Assembly: GCA_002441425.1 (NCBI GenBank)
Contig: DJWB01000001.1
Span: 15,087-79,086, forward strand
Source of the DNA: Patescibacteria group bacterium UBA6241
Lineage (GTDB): Bacteria > Patescibacteriota > Minisyncoccia > Phycocordibacterales > Phycocordibacteraceae
DNA length: 64,000 nucleotides
Direction of reading: 5' to 3'
The translations under genes and the position numbers were made by a program. Of the stretch, positions 8,570 through 18,886 are shown in pieces. The notes beneath the pieces were generated by a model that ran no database searches, had not been told where the DNA came from, and saw only the letters and a list, made by a program, of their open reading frames with translations. Every line of letters starts with the position of its first letter. The first letter of the stretch is position 1.

Positions 8570-8812
8570 ATGCCTGCCTTTGATCTAAACATTATTTTCC
8601 CCATCCTACTTGGACTTCTCGCACTCTTTATATTGCGAGAAGTACTTGCGTGGTACTGGAAGATGAATAAAGTTATTCAACTGCTTGAGAAGATTGAAGA
8701 GAACACGAGACCCGGTTCTAAACCAAAGGAGGTGCAAAAGCCAAAGAAGACAGGTCCTAGTCTCTTTGCCAACTATCAAGACCAAAACGTAAAGAAAGGG
8801 TTCTTCGGATAA
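8570..8812 (+). CDS. small membrane protein with lysine-rich C-terminal tail (hypothetical)
   Basis: 80 aa, one TM, followed by a bidirectional terminator. Confidence 0.3.
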   Translation: MPAFDLNIIFPILLGLLALFILREVLAWYWKMNKVIQLLEKIEENTRPGSKPKEVQKPKKTGPSLFANYQDQNVKKGFFG

Positions 8813-8814
8813 TA

Positions 8815-8848
8815 CAAAACAGGCGCTCCGAGGAGCGCCTGTTTTGTA
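8815..8848. terminator. bidirectional hairpin terminator (AAAACAGGCGCTCC-GAG-GAGCGCCTGTTTT)
   Basis: Perfect stem flanked by an A-run and a T-run, between convergent genes. Confidence 0.6.
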
Positions 8849-8863
8849 TAGTTTAGCTAAGGC

Positions 8864-9064
8864 TTAAACCTTGCTAACCTTGATTGCGTTTGGTCCGCGA
8901 GGGCTCTCGCCGATTTCAAAAGTAACCTGGTCACCCTGACGAAGATCGTCAAAGTTAACATTCACGAGCTCGTTTGAGTGGAAGAAGAGATCCTTCTCCA
9001 TTCCCTCGCCCTTGATAAAACCAAATCCTTTGTCGGTAAGACCAACGATAGTTCCTGTCTGCAT
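8864..9064 (-). CDS. csp: cold-shock protein (CspA family)
   Basis: GFGFIKGEGMEKDLFFHSNEL...GDQVTFEI matches the cold-shock domain. First ATG at 9064, with a TTG alternative at 9070. Confidence 0.75.
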   Translation of the reverse strand: MQTGTIVGLTDKGFGFIKGEGMEKDLFFHSNELVNVNFDDLRQGDQVTFEIGESPRGPNAIKVSKV

Positions 9065-9257
9065 GTTCAATTTTCTATTCGCACCTAAATAACATCAACT
9101 GCATCACAACCAGAGGAGAGCGAAAGCACTGCTTCTTCTACGCGACTTTGCTATTGATAGCTCTAGTTTGCAACAAGTGGTATTTTTTGTCAATACCCTT
9201 GAGAAATCTACAGAGCAACCAGTCCTGACTTCTTCATGGGTGTATCATTATCTGTAT

Positions 9258-9719
9258 ATGAAAAAGTATTTACCTACAGCCCTGCTTGTAGTATTTGGTC
9301 TCATTATTCTTGCACTTATCCCGCCACCTGAGCGCCTTACACAGCCCCCAGTAGCAATTCCAGTTGAGGGAGGAACATTCGCATACGAAGGAATCACTCC
9401 TTGTGCAGACTGTCCTGGAATTCAGACAAGACTAACGCTTACAAATTCAATAACAGGTGCATCAGGAGGTACGTACGAACTTTCTCTAACCTATCTTGAA
9501 AGAGATGTTGAGCCTTTTGTGACTCAAGGAGAATGGGATATTGAGCGCGGTTCAGCTACAGACCCTGACGCAACTGTTATTGTGCTTGATCCAAATATGC
9601 CAGAGAAGTCTCAGCGCTATTTGCGTGTAAACGACACAACTATTCGTCAGTTAGACAAAGAAGGTAACGAGATAGACACTCCGCTTCCTATGGACCTGAT
9701 GCTCATAGAGAGCAATTAG
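9258..9719 (+). CDS. NlpE N-terminal-domain-like (copper resistance / CutF-like) secreted protein
   Basis: N-terminal TM/signal. CADCPGIQTRLTL CXXC motif and overall similarity to the NlpE N-terminal domain. Confidence 0.45.
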   Translation: MKKYLPTALLVVFGLIILALIPPPERLTQPPVAIPVEGGTFAYEGITPCADCPGIQTRLTLTNSITGASGGTYELSLTYLERDVEPFVTQGEWDIERGSATDPDATVIVLDPNMPEKSQRYLRVNDTTIRQLDKEGNEIDTPLPMDLMLIESN

Positions 9720-9800
9720 TGTTCGTTCATGAAACCTTAATCGGGTTAATGGGATTGTAGTAGGTACGCGGCCGTGCCGCTCTAACCCTATATACAATCT

Positions 9801-10568
9801 ATGATTAAATACGGCACTTTAGCTCTCCTGTGCGCATTTGGAATTGCGCTTTCAGGAGGAGCACTTCAGGCACAGACAATTGATACTGGAACTGCTTTAG
9901 ACGTTAACGTTGGAGCCGGATCAAATGGCACTTCTGGAAATGCAGATGTGTCTGGTTCAGTGGATACGTCAACTTCAGTAGACTCTGAAGGTGAAACAAC
10001 AATGGAAGAAGATTCCACAACCACCTCTGCAGACACATCAGGCATTTTCGGATTTAGTCTCATGCGAGATTCTCTAGATGTTGATGTGAGCGGAGACGCG
10101 ATGATACAAACTGCAGCTGACGTAAGCACAAATGAAACTTTCCGCGCGTACGCAGAGAACTCTTTACAGAGCGATGCTCGCTTTGAAGGAGTAGTAGTCA
10201 ACGAGAATGGAATGGATCTTACGTATAAACGAGATGCCCGATTCCTCGCACTGGTTCCTTCAGAGATGACTGTACGAGTACACATTGATGACAGTGGCTC
10301 AGTTGAAGTTAAGTACCCTTGGTATGCATTTCTTATGACCTCAGGGGAGAGTCGTGCAGATCTAGAAGCGAGAATCGCTGACGAGATCGCATCAGTTACG
10401 AGCTCCTTGCAGGCTAATGCCTCTGGAGACGCAGCAGCAGGTACTGAGGGTGCCTCAGCATCTGGTTCAGCATCAGCAACTGCTTCTGCTGATATAGAAC
10501 GATGGGCGCTTATCCTTGAACGTGTTCAGGCAGCACTCGCAGCTGATGCTTCAGTAGAAGCTTCCTAA
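9801..10568 (+). CDS. secreted acidic low-complexity protein (hypothetical)
   Basis: Signal peptide, then S/T/D/E-rich and Ala/Ser-rich low-complexity segments. Confidence 0.4.
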   Translation: MIKYGTLALLCAFGIALSGGALQAQTIDTGTALDVNVGAGSNGTSGNADVSGSVDTSTSVDSEGETTMEEDSTTTSADTSGIFGFSLMRDSLDVDVSGDAMIQTAADVSTNETFRAYAENSLQSDARFEGVVVNENGMDLTYKRDARFLALVPSEMTVRVHIDDSGSVEVKYPWYAFLMTSGESRADLEARIADEIASVTSSLQANASGDAAAGTEGASASGSASATASADIERWALILERVQAALAADASVEAS

Positions 10569-10582
10569 AGAAAACTAGTTCT

Positions 10583-10629
10583 CCATAACAAAAGACCCGG
10601 GACATGCCGTCTCGGGTCTTTTGTTATGG
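10583..10629. terminator. bidirectional terminator: 17-bp perfect inverted repeat CCATAACAAAAGACCCG ... CGGGTCTTTTGTTATGG
   Basis: Arms 10583-10599 and 10613-10629 are exact reverse complements. It lies between convergent stop codons. Confidence 0.6.
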
Positions 10630-13600
10630 CTAGTCTTTGAACTGCTCGCGGATTTCTTTTCCAGGCCAGCGATGATACAGGACAGGAATAAGGATAAGCG
10701 TTAGCACCATTGAGAAGGCAAGCCCGAACATAATTGAGAAGGCGAGTGGTCCCCAAAGCGCAGAAGCAAATGAGAGCGGAATCATACCCACTACAGTTGT
10801 TATCGTGGTGAGGAGGATAGGACGGAAGCGGGACGCAGATGCCTCAACAACTACATCAGTAAGGGAGCGGCCTGCTGAAGATTTACCAATGCGTGCCATA
10901 GAATCCATGAGAATAATTCCATGGTTAATAATCACGCCGGCAAGCGCAATAACTCCAAGCATAGAAGGGAACGAGAGTGGTGACCCTGTAATCATGAGGC
11001 CCGCAAAAACTCCAATAAGTGAGAGCGGAATAATCGCAAGGAGATAGAGAGAGTGTCTGAACGAGTTGAACTCAAGAACTAAGATAGCGAGCATGAGTGC
11101 AGCTCCTGCAAGTAGAGCGAGTCCCATCTCAGCAAAAGATTGATTAACATCTTCGCTCTCTCCACCAATCTTCATGGTTACTCCTTCTGGAAGCTCCACA
11201 TCCTTTATCTGCTTCTGGAACTCACTCACTGCGGCAAGCGCATTTCCGCCCTTGGTTACATCGCTCGTGAGAGTTCCGGTGCGATATCCGTCTTCGTGCC
11301 TAATAACAGCATTTGCTGGTTCGTAGGTAATGGTTGCAATAGTTGCGAGAGGTACAGGACCCTGTGCGCCAGGAATTGAGAGTGCTTGTACAGATTCAAT
11401 AGTGGTATGTGTAGTCTCTGAAGGATCTCTGTATCCTTGATTAAGATCTAGTTTCATACGCACCTCAATATCGTCAGTACCGGTGCGAATGTCTGTAGCT
11501 TTTGCTCCATAAAGTGCAGTGCGCAGGGTGTCTGCAACAGTAAGCGGAGACACGCCGAGCTGCACAGCTTTTGCAGTATCAAGGCGCACTACGAACTCAG
11601 CGCCATCATCCTTCATTGAAGAAGAGATGTTTGTAGTATTCGGTACTTCAGAAAGCACACGCTCACCGATACGAAGTGCCTCTTCAATCTTCGCAAGATC
11701 ATCTCCAACAAATGTTACCTGCACGGGAGCGCTCGTAGGAGGACCTCCTGCTGGTTCTGAGACGGTAACTTTTGCTGAGGTAACAACCTCCAAATCCTTG
11801 CGCAGGTCTTCTACGATTTCTGAACTCGTCTGTTTGTTATTCTCTTTGAAGTTAACCGTTATGTTTGCTGCCTTGCTTCCTGAAATTCCGCTTCCTCCAA
11901 ACGCACTTCCTGCACCCACTTCAGACACGAATGATTCAATGCGGGTATCGGCATACAAGATCTCTTCTACTTCACGCACTGAAAGATCAGTATCAGACAA
12001 ATCAGTTCCCTGAGGCTTTTCAACTTCTACGTATACAAACTCTGAGTCCTCGCCAGGGAAGAATGCAACTTTAACTGCTCCAACCATAGGAAGCGCAAGT
12101 GCAAGCACAAAGAGACCAATCATGAGCCAGATAAACTGGTTCTCCTTTTTGCGGTCTCCGAGAATTCCTCGTAGGAATCGCTCATACCACGCCTGTGCAG
12201 CTTCGTTGTACTTCTCCTGACGCTCAGCAAGCTTTGAGGTTGAGGGACGTAGTCCGTATATAGCAAGAAGGGGAACCAATCCAAGCGCTACAAAGATTGA
12301 TGCAATAAGTACAAAGATAACCGTGAACGGAATTGAGGCGATGAACTTCCCAACAATACCTGAGAGGAAGAAGAGGGGAACAAACACCGCAACTGTAGTA
12401 AACGTTCCCGCAACAAGTGGCCACGCGTACTCTTTAATAGCAGCTATAGCAGCAGCTTTCTTGTCACCTGTCTTTGCAAGACGTGTATGAATTGCTTCAA
12501 CCACAACGATTCCAGAATCAACGAGAATACCAATCGCAAGAATCAGTGAGAACAGCGATATGAAGTTAATGGTGTTTCCGCTCGCTGCAAGACCAATGAA
12601 CGCAATAAGGAATGAAAGGGGAATTGAAGCAGCAGCAACTAAAGACTCACGCCATCCAATAGTAAGGAAGAGCATGATCATAACGAGCACTACAGTTTCA
12701 ATACCTACACGGGTGAGCTCAGTTAGGTCGTGTGCAATATCATCCGCAGCATCATAGGAGATAACTGTCTCAGTTCCAGAGAGCGGACCTTCTGATAGCT
12801 TTTCAAGTGTCTCTCTTACATCTTTGCCTGTCGCAAGGATATTTCCTCCGCGACTTTTAAATACTGAAAGGGTGAGCGCAGGGGCAGAAGGGTTTCCTTC
12901 AACAGACACGCGAGAAAAGGTCGTTGCATCTGAGAGTCCATCAACTACTTGCGCTACATCACGAACACGAAGGACTGCGCCGCCAGGTCCTTGTAGAGAA
13001 ATATTTCCAACTTCCTCAGTTTCGGTGAGGCCTGCCTCAAGGCGAATGGCGTACTGAATATCGTTAATCGTGATACTTCCTGCAGGGGAAGCAACGCCTG
13101 AGGCACGAATTGCATTTGTTACATCAGATACTGAAATGCCGTACTGACGAAGTTTTGTTTGTTCAACAATAACCTGCACTTCTCGCTCGCGTACTCCAGA
13201 AAGTGCAACAGAAGAAACTCCAGGGACTCGCTCAACTTCCTCCTGTACTGTTTTGCCAAGCTCAGTAAGTTCTGCAGGCGCAAGATCTCCCGCAATAGAG
13301 ATGATGAGAATTGGTTGGTCTGCAAAGTTAACGTCTGTAACGCGCGGATCCTCAGCCTCAGCGGGAAGCTCTATCTTTGCTTTATCAACCTCATCTTTAA
13401 GAAGCTGAATAGACTTATCAATGTCTGCACTCGCCTCAAACTCAACAGTAATAGAAGAGGCTCCTGAGCCTGATGTTGAAGTAACCTTAGACACGCGTTC
13501 AACTCCAAGCACCTTGTCCTCAAGCTTGTCAGTAATAAGGCGCTCCACGTCTTCAGCGGACGCACCAGGAAGCACAGTCGTGATAATTCCAACTGGAATC

Positions 13601-13725
13601 TGCACCTCAGGAGATGACTCCTTAGGAATACTTATTGCAGCAACAATACCTGCAAGAATAAGCACTGCAGCAAGCAGGGCAGTGAAATGGTTCTTCTTAA
13701 TGAAGAATGTCCAGAAGGAAGTCAT
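10630..13725 (-). CDS. RND-family efflux transporter permease (AcrB/HAE1-like)
   Basis: 1031 aa with 12-TM architecture and two large periplasmic loops, typical RND length and layout. Confidence 0.8.
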   Translation of the reverse strand: MTSFWTFFIKKNHFTALLAAVLILAGIVAAISIPKESSPEVQIPVGIITTVLPGASAEDVERLITDKLEDKVLGVERVSKVTSTSGSGASSITVEFEASADIDKSIQLLKDEVDKAKIELPAEAEDPRVTDVNFADQPILIISIAGDLAPAELTELGKTVQEEVERVPGVSSVALSGVREREVQVIVEQTKLRQYGISVSDVTNAIRASGVASPAGSITINDIQYAIRLEAGLTETEEVGNISLQGPGGAVLRVRDVAQVVDGLSDATTFSRVSVEGNPSAPALTLSVFKSRGGNILATGKDVRETLEKLSEGPLSGTETVISYDAADDIAHDLTELTRVGIETVVLVMIMLFLTIGWRESLVAAASIPLSFLIAFIGLAASGNTINFISLFSLILAIGILVDSGIVVVEAIHTRLAKTGDKKAAAIAAIKEYAWPLVAGTFTTVAVFVPLFFLSGIVGKFIASIPFTVIFVLIASIFVALGLVPLLAIYGLRPSTSKLAERQEKYNEAAQAWYERFLRGILGDRKKENQFIWLMIGLFVLALALPMVGAVKVAFFPGEDSEFVYVEVEKPQGTDLSDTDLSVREVEEILYADTRIESFVSEVGAGSAFGGSGISGSKAANITVNFKENNKQTSSEIVEDLRKDLEVVTSAKVTVSEPAGGPPTSAPVQVTFVGDDLAKIEEALRIGERVLSEVPNTTNISSSMKDDGAEFVVRLDTAKAVQLGVSPLTVADTLRTALYGAKATDIRTGTDDIEVRMKLDLNQGYRDPSETTHTTIESVQALSIPGAQGPVPLATIATITYEPANAVIRHEDGYRTGTLTSDVTKGGNALAAVSEFQKQIKDVELPEGVTMKIGGESEDVNQSFAEMGLALLAGAALMLAILVLEFNSFRHSLYLLAIIPLSLIGVFAGLMITGSPLSFPSMLGVIALAGVIINHGIILMDSMARIGKSSAGRSLTDVVVEASASRFRPILLTTITTVVGMIPLSFASALWGPLAFSIMFGLAFSMVLTLILIPVLYHRWPGKEIREQFKD

Positions 13726-13730
13726 AGGTA

Positions 13731-15272
13731 TTAGTTAGCTGCACTCGCCACCTCTACACTCTGTCCCTCAGAAAGTCCTCTCGCATCGCGTACGATACGA
13801 AGCTCGGGGGAAAGCTCGCTAAGAATCTCAATATGATCTCCGCGCACTTCTCCTACGGTAACTGAAACTGCTACAAGACGACTCTCTTCGTCAACGGTGT
13901 ATACGATGCGATCTCCCGCACGAAGCTTAACTGCTGAGAGAGGGAGGAGAATAGGCCCTTCGGTCTCAGGAAGCTCATTAGTCTCTGCAGCAAGATCTGG
14001 GAATGAAACATGAACAGACTGTCCGTTTACGAGCTCGCTTGCTCCTGTAACTGCAACATGAACTTCAATCTGCTTGGTAACAGGATCAAGAGCAGGAGAG
14101 ACAGAAGTGATAACTCCCTCGTATGTGTCTTCAACAAGTACTGCGCTGCCCGCGGCAAGGAGGTCGCGATCATTCTCAGATACGTACACTACAATTTCCA
14201 ATGCGCCGTTCTGCGCAACAGTAGCTACGTGTGTAAATGCTGTTACATAATCTCCAACACGGATAGGAAGGAAGTTAACTTGTCCGCCAATAGGAGCGCG
14301 TACTACCGTACGCTCAAGGTTTGCTTGTGCGGCACGTAAGCTTCCGAGTGCCTGCTTAACTGAAGCATCTGCGCTTGCAGTAGCGCCGGTACTTCCACTG
14401 CGGTAACTACTCTTTGCAGTAGTAATGCTAGAAAGCACGCCCGCAACATTAGCGCGTGCAGTTGCGAGTGCTGAGAGCTGTGCACTTGTAGCGCGTGAGT
14501 TGTTTTGATTTGCCGCTGCAGCAAGCTCGTTCAAGAAAGTCTCAATAGTACGAGTGTATGTCTCTGCTTCTGAAAGAAGAGTCTGTGGGTCACGACTGTC
14601 TACAGAACCCAAAGAGGATTCCCATTGGCCCATAAGAGTCTGAATGCGTGCGCGCTCTCTGGAAAGATGCACTGCAGTGTCATGATCTGGATACAAAAGA
14701 AGATCCGGACCAACAGCTGTTGGGTTTCCATAGAACGTATCAACGTATAGCTCAAGAGAGGTGTCTACAGTTGTGTATGCACTGCGGTATGCATTTCGTG
14801 CAGTTATCTGAGTATCAGGAAGAGATTGTGCACTGCGAGCTGCAACAGCTGCTTCATATGCTCCTTCAGCCTGCAATACACTTGCGCGCTCTGCAGCATT
14901 CTCAAGTTCGGCAATAACAAATCCTGCAGGAACACTCTTTCCAAGAGCAGTACGTACGGCACGTACGGTTCCTCCGGTCTGTGCGAGGATGTTTGCCTCA
15001 GTTACGGAACGAACAGTCCCGATAAGGTTAACGGAACTACCGCCACCAGAAAGCTCGCGTACAGTCTGAAGTGTAACGGTGCGCCCCTTTGCAGAAGGTG
15101 CATCAGTTGCGCCTGAGCGCGCGAAGGCAACACCCCCAATAAGAAGTATGAGAAGTAAGGCAGCAATAGCTACCTGCTGCCAAAGACGAAGTGAGCGATA
15201 GCGCTTCCAGAGCGCCTTACTTCGTGTGGGAATGCTAGTAACAAAAGGCCGTATACGCGATAAGATAGACAT
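13731..15272 (-). CDS. RND efflux periplasmic adaptor (membrane-fusion protein, HlyD-like)
   Basis: N-terminal TM, coiled-coil hairpin region and beta-barrel/lipoyl-like segments. Tightly coupled upstream of the RND gene. Confidence 0.65.
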   Translation of the reverse strand: MSILSRIRPFVTSIPTRSKALWKRYRSLRLWQQVAIAALLLILLIGGVAFARSGATDAPSAKGRTVTLQTVRELSGGGSSVNLIGTVRSVTEANILAQTGGTVRAVRTALGKSVPAGFVIAELENAAERASVLQAEGAYEAAVAARSAQSLPDTQITARNAYRSAYTTVDTSLELYVDTFYGNPTAVGPDLLLYPDHDTAVHLSRERARIQTLMGQWESSLGSVDSRDPQTLLSEAETYTRTIETFLNELAAAANQNNSRATSAQLSALATARANVAGVLSSITTAKSSYRSGSTGATASADASVKQALGSLRAAQANLERTVVRAPIGGQVNFLPIRVGDYVTAFTHVATVAQNGALEIVVYVSENDRDLLAAGSAVLVEDTYEGVITSVSPALDPVTKQIEVHVAVTGASELVNGQSVHVSFPDLAAETNELPETEGPILLPLSAVKLRAGDRIVYTVDEESRLVAVSVTVGEVRGDHIEILSELSPELRIVRDARGLSEGQSVEVASAAN

Positions 15273-15352
15273 AGCTATAAATTATAGCATATATGGGTGT
15301 GTGTCAATCAACACCCCTTTTCTTCAGGGTTAAAGTGGTATTCTAGAAGCAT

Positions 15353-16171
15353 ATGCAGATTCACAAACACGCCACACAGCACCATGCTTTTATGTATCTG
15401 TGGATTTTGGGTGCAGTCGTAGTGCTTGGAGCACTCATATACTCCTATATAGGTACGCACCCTCAGGGAGTGCTTGATGGAGAGCACGAAGGAGATGTGC
15501 GTGCGTTGGTGCAGTCTTTCAGCAATCAGCAGGATAACGTATCCCTTCTTGCACCAGATGCAGCAGAGACTATCAGAGAGGTGTACACACCTTATGTAGC
15601 ATCTGCACTTATTGATGCGTGGGCAGCTGATCCACTCAATGCGCCAGGACGTCTTACTTCAAGTCCTTCACCTGACTATATTGATATTCAGTCTGTGACA
15701 AAGTTAGATACAGGAATTTATGAAGTAACTGGAGAAGTTGTACTTGTAACCAATATAGGAGAGGCAGGAAGAATTCCTGTGTCTATTACGGTTGAAACTA
15801 TTGAGGGAAGACTCCTTATAACGCGCTATGTGGAAAGCGAGACCGGAGAGGTTGTTGAGCTTGAAGGAGTATCTGTCATAGCACAGCTGAATGAACGTGT
15901 TGAAGCGTGGAGTGTGTCTGTACAGCCCACAGAGATTCTTGAAGACAGTAGGTGTCCAACAGATGTGCAGTGCATTCAAGCCGGAACTGTACGTGTACAG
16001 ACAACCATTACTGATGGACTTGGAACAAGTACGAATGAGTTCACTCTTGGAACGACCATAACGACTGAAGCATTCAGTGTGACCCTCACTGACGTAGCTC
16101 CTACAAAGGTATCAACCACACCAATTGCTGATGCTGACTATCGGTTTACATTTCGTATTGAGCATCGGTAG
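15353..16171 (+). CDS. membrane-anchored hypothetical protein
   Basis: N-terminal TM (LWILGAVVVLGALIYSYIG), then a ~230-aa extracytoplasmic domain. Its stop lies 3 nt before the helicase start. Confidence 0.4.
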   Translation: MQIHKHATQHHAFMYLWILGAVVVLGALIYSYIGTHPQGVLDGEHEGDVRALVQSFSNQQDNVSLLAPDAAETIREVYTPYVASALIDAWAADPLNAPGRLTSSPSPDYIDIQSVTKLDTGIYEVTGEVVLVTNIGEAGRIPVSITVETIEGRLLITRYVESETGEVVELEGVSVIAQLNERVEAWSVSVQPTEILEDSRCPTDVQCIQAGTVRVQTTITDGLGTSTNEFTLGTTITTEAFSVTLTDVAPTKVSTTPIADADYRFTFRIEHR

Positions 16172-16174
16172 GGC

Positions 16175-17848
16175 ATGACACAACAGGACGCACTCTCCAT
16201 ACTTAAGACTGGCGCAAATGTATTCCTTACCGGAAGTCCGGGAAGCGGAAAAACACATACCGTTAACGAATATGTTTCCTGGCTACGGTCTCATTCCATT
16301 GAGCCCTCTATAACTGCATCAACAGGAATTGCAGCAACGCATGTGGGCGGAATGACGCTTCATGCGTGGAGTGGTATTGGCATTAATGATCACCTAACTC
16401 CACAGTTGCTGGATGCTATTGCTCACAAAGAACATGTGGCAAAGCGCATTCAAAAAACAAAGGTCCTTATTATTGACGAGGTATCAATGCTTTCAGGGAA
16501 TGTGCTTTCAATGGTTGATGAAGTTGCAAGAACAGTACGCCATGAGCCAGACCGCGCGTTCGGGGGACTACAGGTAGTACTCGTAGGAGACTTTTTCCAG
16601 CTCCCACCAATTTCACGGGGAGAAACAGAATTTGCGTTTGAATCTCCCGCATGGAGATCGTTGAATCCGTTGATTTGTTATTTAACAGAACAACATCGCC
16701 AAGACGATCCTGGATTTCTTGAGATACTGAGCGCTATACGTGAGGGCGAGTGGGACCACACACATGTGTCTCGCATTATGGCGAGAGAGTCTGACTACGA
16801 TAGTTATGGCGAGGATACGCCGCAGCTATTCACACATAATGCTGACGTAGACCGAATAAATCGGGAACGGCTGGATGCGCTTCCCGGGAAGGCCCATCAA
16901 TTCGCTATGGAAACGTCTGGGTCTCAGACACTCGCGCAGGCGCTTATACGTGGATGTCTGTCTCCAGAGCAGCTTGTTCTTAAAGAGGGAGCCATTGTTA
17001 TGGCAACGAAGAACAACCCTGCAGCAGGATATTCAAATGGAACACTCGGAGTTGTTATTGGCTTTGAAGTAGGAACTGGATACCCGATTGTTGAGACGAG
17101 AGACGAGCGAGAGATAACCATTGCTCCTGCGGACTGGGCAGTTGAAGAGAACGGCAAAGTTCGCGCAAAGATCTCTCAGATTCCGCTTCGTCTTGCGTGG
17201 GCCATAACCGTACACAAATCCCAAGGCATGAGCATGGATGCAGCTGCCATTGACCTCTCGCGTGCGTTTGAGCACGGACAAGGATATGTTGCGCTCTCCC
17301 GTGTGCGGAGGCTTGATGGAGTGTACTTGCTCGGGTGGAGCGAGAACGCACTTTCAGTACATCCGCGTGTAGCAGAGCGTGACAGAAGTTTTCAAGAAGC
17401 CTCTGAAGCAGCTGCATTAACATTTGCAGCGCTTGATGCTGCGGGAGACCGCGAACTTATGGAGCAGAACTTTATTAAAGCGTCCGGAGGATCTCTAAAG
17501 GCTGTAGCGGTTACAGAAAAGAAAAAAGCACCAAAGAAGAGCACGCATGATGAGACGCTTGCACTTCTTATAGATGGAATGCCACTCACAGAGATTGCTC
17601 TGGAGCGCTCACTTACGCTTGGAACCATTTGCGATCATGCAGCAAAGCTTCTTGAGGCAAATCGTATAACTGAGGACACGCTTCTGGAGCTTATTCCAGA
17701 ACGACTTCAGGATGCACTCCCAAAGATTTATGAAGCCTTCTCAAAGAAGGGCTCTGACAAACTTGCTCCTGTAAGAACATTTTTGAAGAATAAGTTTTCG
17801 TACGACGATCTTACGCTTGCACGTGCGCTATACCACAAGCAAGCGTAA
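16175..17848 (+). CDS. PIF1/RecD-like ATP-dependent DNA helicase with C-terminal helix-turn-helix domain
   Basis: Walker A GSPGSGKTH, Walker B LIIDEVSML, motif VLVGDFFQLPP. A C-terminal ~90-aa HTH-like tail. Confidence 0.7.
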   Translation: MTQQDALSILKTGANVFLTGSPGSGKTHTVNEYVSWLRSHSIEPSITASTGIAATHVGGMTLHAWSGIGINDHLTPQLLDAIAHKEHVAKRIQKTKVLIIDEVSMLSGNVLSMVDEVARTVRHEPDRAFGGLQVVLVGDFFQLPPISRGETEFAFESPAWRSLNPLICYLTEQHRQDDPGFLEILSAIREGEWDHTHVSRIMARESDYDSYGEDTPQLFTHNADVDRINRERLDALPGKAHQFAMETSGSQTLAQALIRGCLSPEQLVLKEGAIVMATKNNPAAGYSNGTLGVVIGFEVGTGYPIVETRDEREITIAPADWAVEENGKVRAKISQIPLRLAWAITVHKSQGMSMDAAAIDLSRAFEHGQGYVALSRVRRLDGVYLLGWSENALSVHPRVAERDRSFQEASEAAALTFAALDAAGDRELMEQNFIKASGGSLKAVAVTEKKKAPKKSTHDETLALLIDGMPLTEIALERSLTLGTICDHAAKLLEANRITEDTLLELIPERLQDALPKIYEAFSKKGSDKLAPVRTFLKNKFSYDDLTLARALYHKQA

Positions 17849-17872
17849 CCGAGTACGGTACAATACCTATCC

Positions 17873-18886
17873 ATGCACGCTCCGTTCCTTGAAACAGTTC
17901 GCAGACACCGTCCTTCGCGAAAACTAACCCTATATATAGGAATAGGAGCTATTGTTTTCTTGTTTGCGTTCTTCTTGGTATACGCCAGATACTTTGGTCC
18001 AGTTGATCGTTCGGCTCCAATGAAGGAGTTAATTGTTATGCCTGACGAGACGTTTGAAGAAATCGCGAGCGATCTTAAAACTGAAGGATACATTCGCAGC
18101 ATAACTGCATTTCGCATTGCGTATGCGCGCACAGGGAACCTGAAAGGCATTGCAGAGGGAGGATATCGCATTAGTCCAAGCATGGATGCGTGGACAATTG
18201 CAGAAGCACTTACCGAGCCCCCATACCTTGCCTGGATTACATTTCCGCCCGGCTGGCGCAAAGAACAAATTGCAGACCTTCTCGCAAAGAAACTTCGGTG
18301 GACTGACGAGCAGAAGGCAAATTGGATCGCTGTAGATACTGCTCCTTCACTCGCACAGATTGAGGGTGTGTATTACGGAGACACGTATCTCATTCCTTCA
18401 GACCAGGCACCCGCGCAAGTTGCTGCACGCTTACGAGGACGCTTTGAAGAAGTCTTTGCAAAGTACGCACCTCAAGCAGCAGAGAAGAATGTTTCGTGGA
18501 CCGAGGTACTTATTATGGCGTCCCTAATTGAGCGAGAGGCGGCAAAGGACGACAAACGTTTAGTCTCCGGAATTCTATGGAACCGTATTAATGACGGTAT
18601 GCGCCTTCAAGTTGATGCGTCGCTGCAGTACATTCGTGGAGAAGAGGGGAACTGGTGGCCAGTGCCAACTCCTGAAGATAAGAAGCTGGAATCTCCATTC
18701 AATACCTATAAGTATGCGGGACTCCCTCCACATCCAATAGCAAACCCCTCTTTAGAGTCTATTGAAGCTGCACTTAATCCGCAGAAGACTAGTTGTATCT
18801 ATTATCTGCATGATAGTGATGGGGAAATACACTGCTCGGCCACCTACGCAGGACACCTTTCAAACGTACAAAGACATCTAAAATAG
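17873..18886 (+). CDS. mltG: endolytic murein transglycosylase MltG (YceG-like)
   Basis: N-terminal TM and YceG-family motifs (YYGDTYLIPSD, LIEREA). Confidence 0.65.
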   Translation: MHAPFLETVRRHRPSRKLTLYIGIGAIVFLFAFFLVYARYFGPVDRSAPMKELIVMPDETFEEIASDLKTEGYIRSITAFRIAYARTGNLKGIAEGGYRISPSMDAWTIAEALTEPPYLAWITFPPGWRKEQIADLLAKKLRWTDEQKANWIAVDTAPSLAQIEGVYYGDTYLIPSDQAPAQVAARLRGRFEEVFAKYAPQAAEKNVSWTEVLIMASLIEREAAKDDKRLVSGILWNRINDGMRLQVDASLQYIRGEEGNWWPVPTPEDKKLESPFNTYKYAGLPPHPIANPSLESIEAALNPQKTSCIYYLHDSDGEIHCSATYAGHLSNVQRHLK

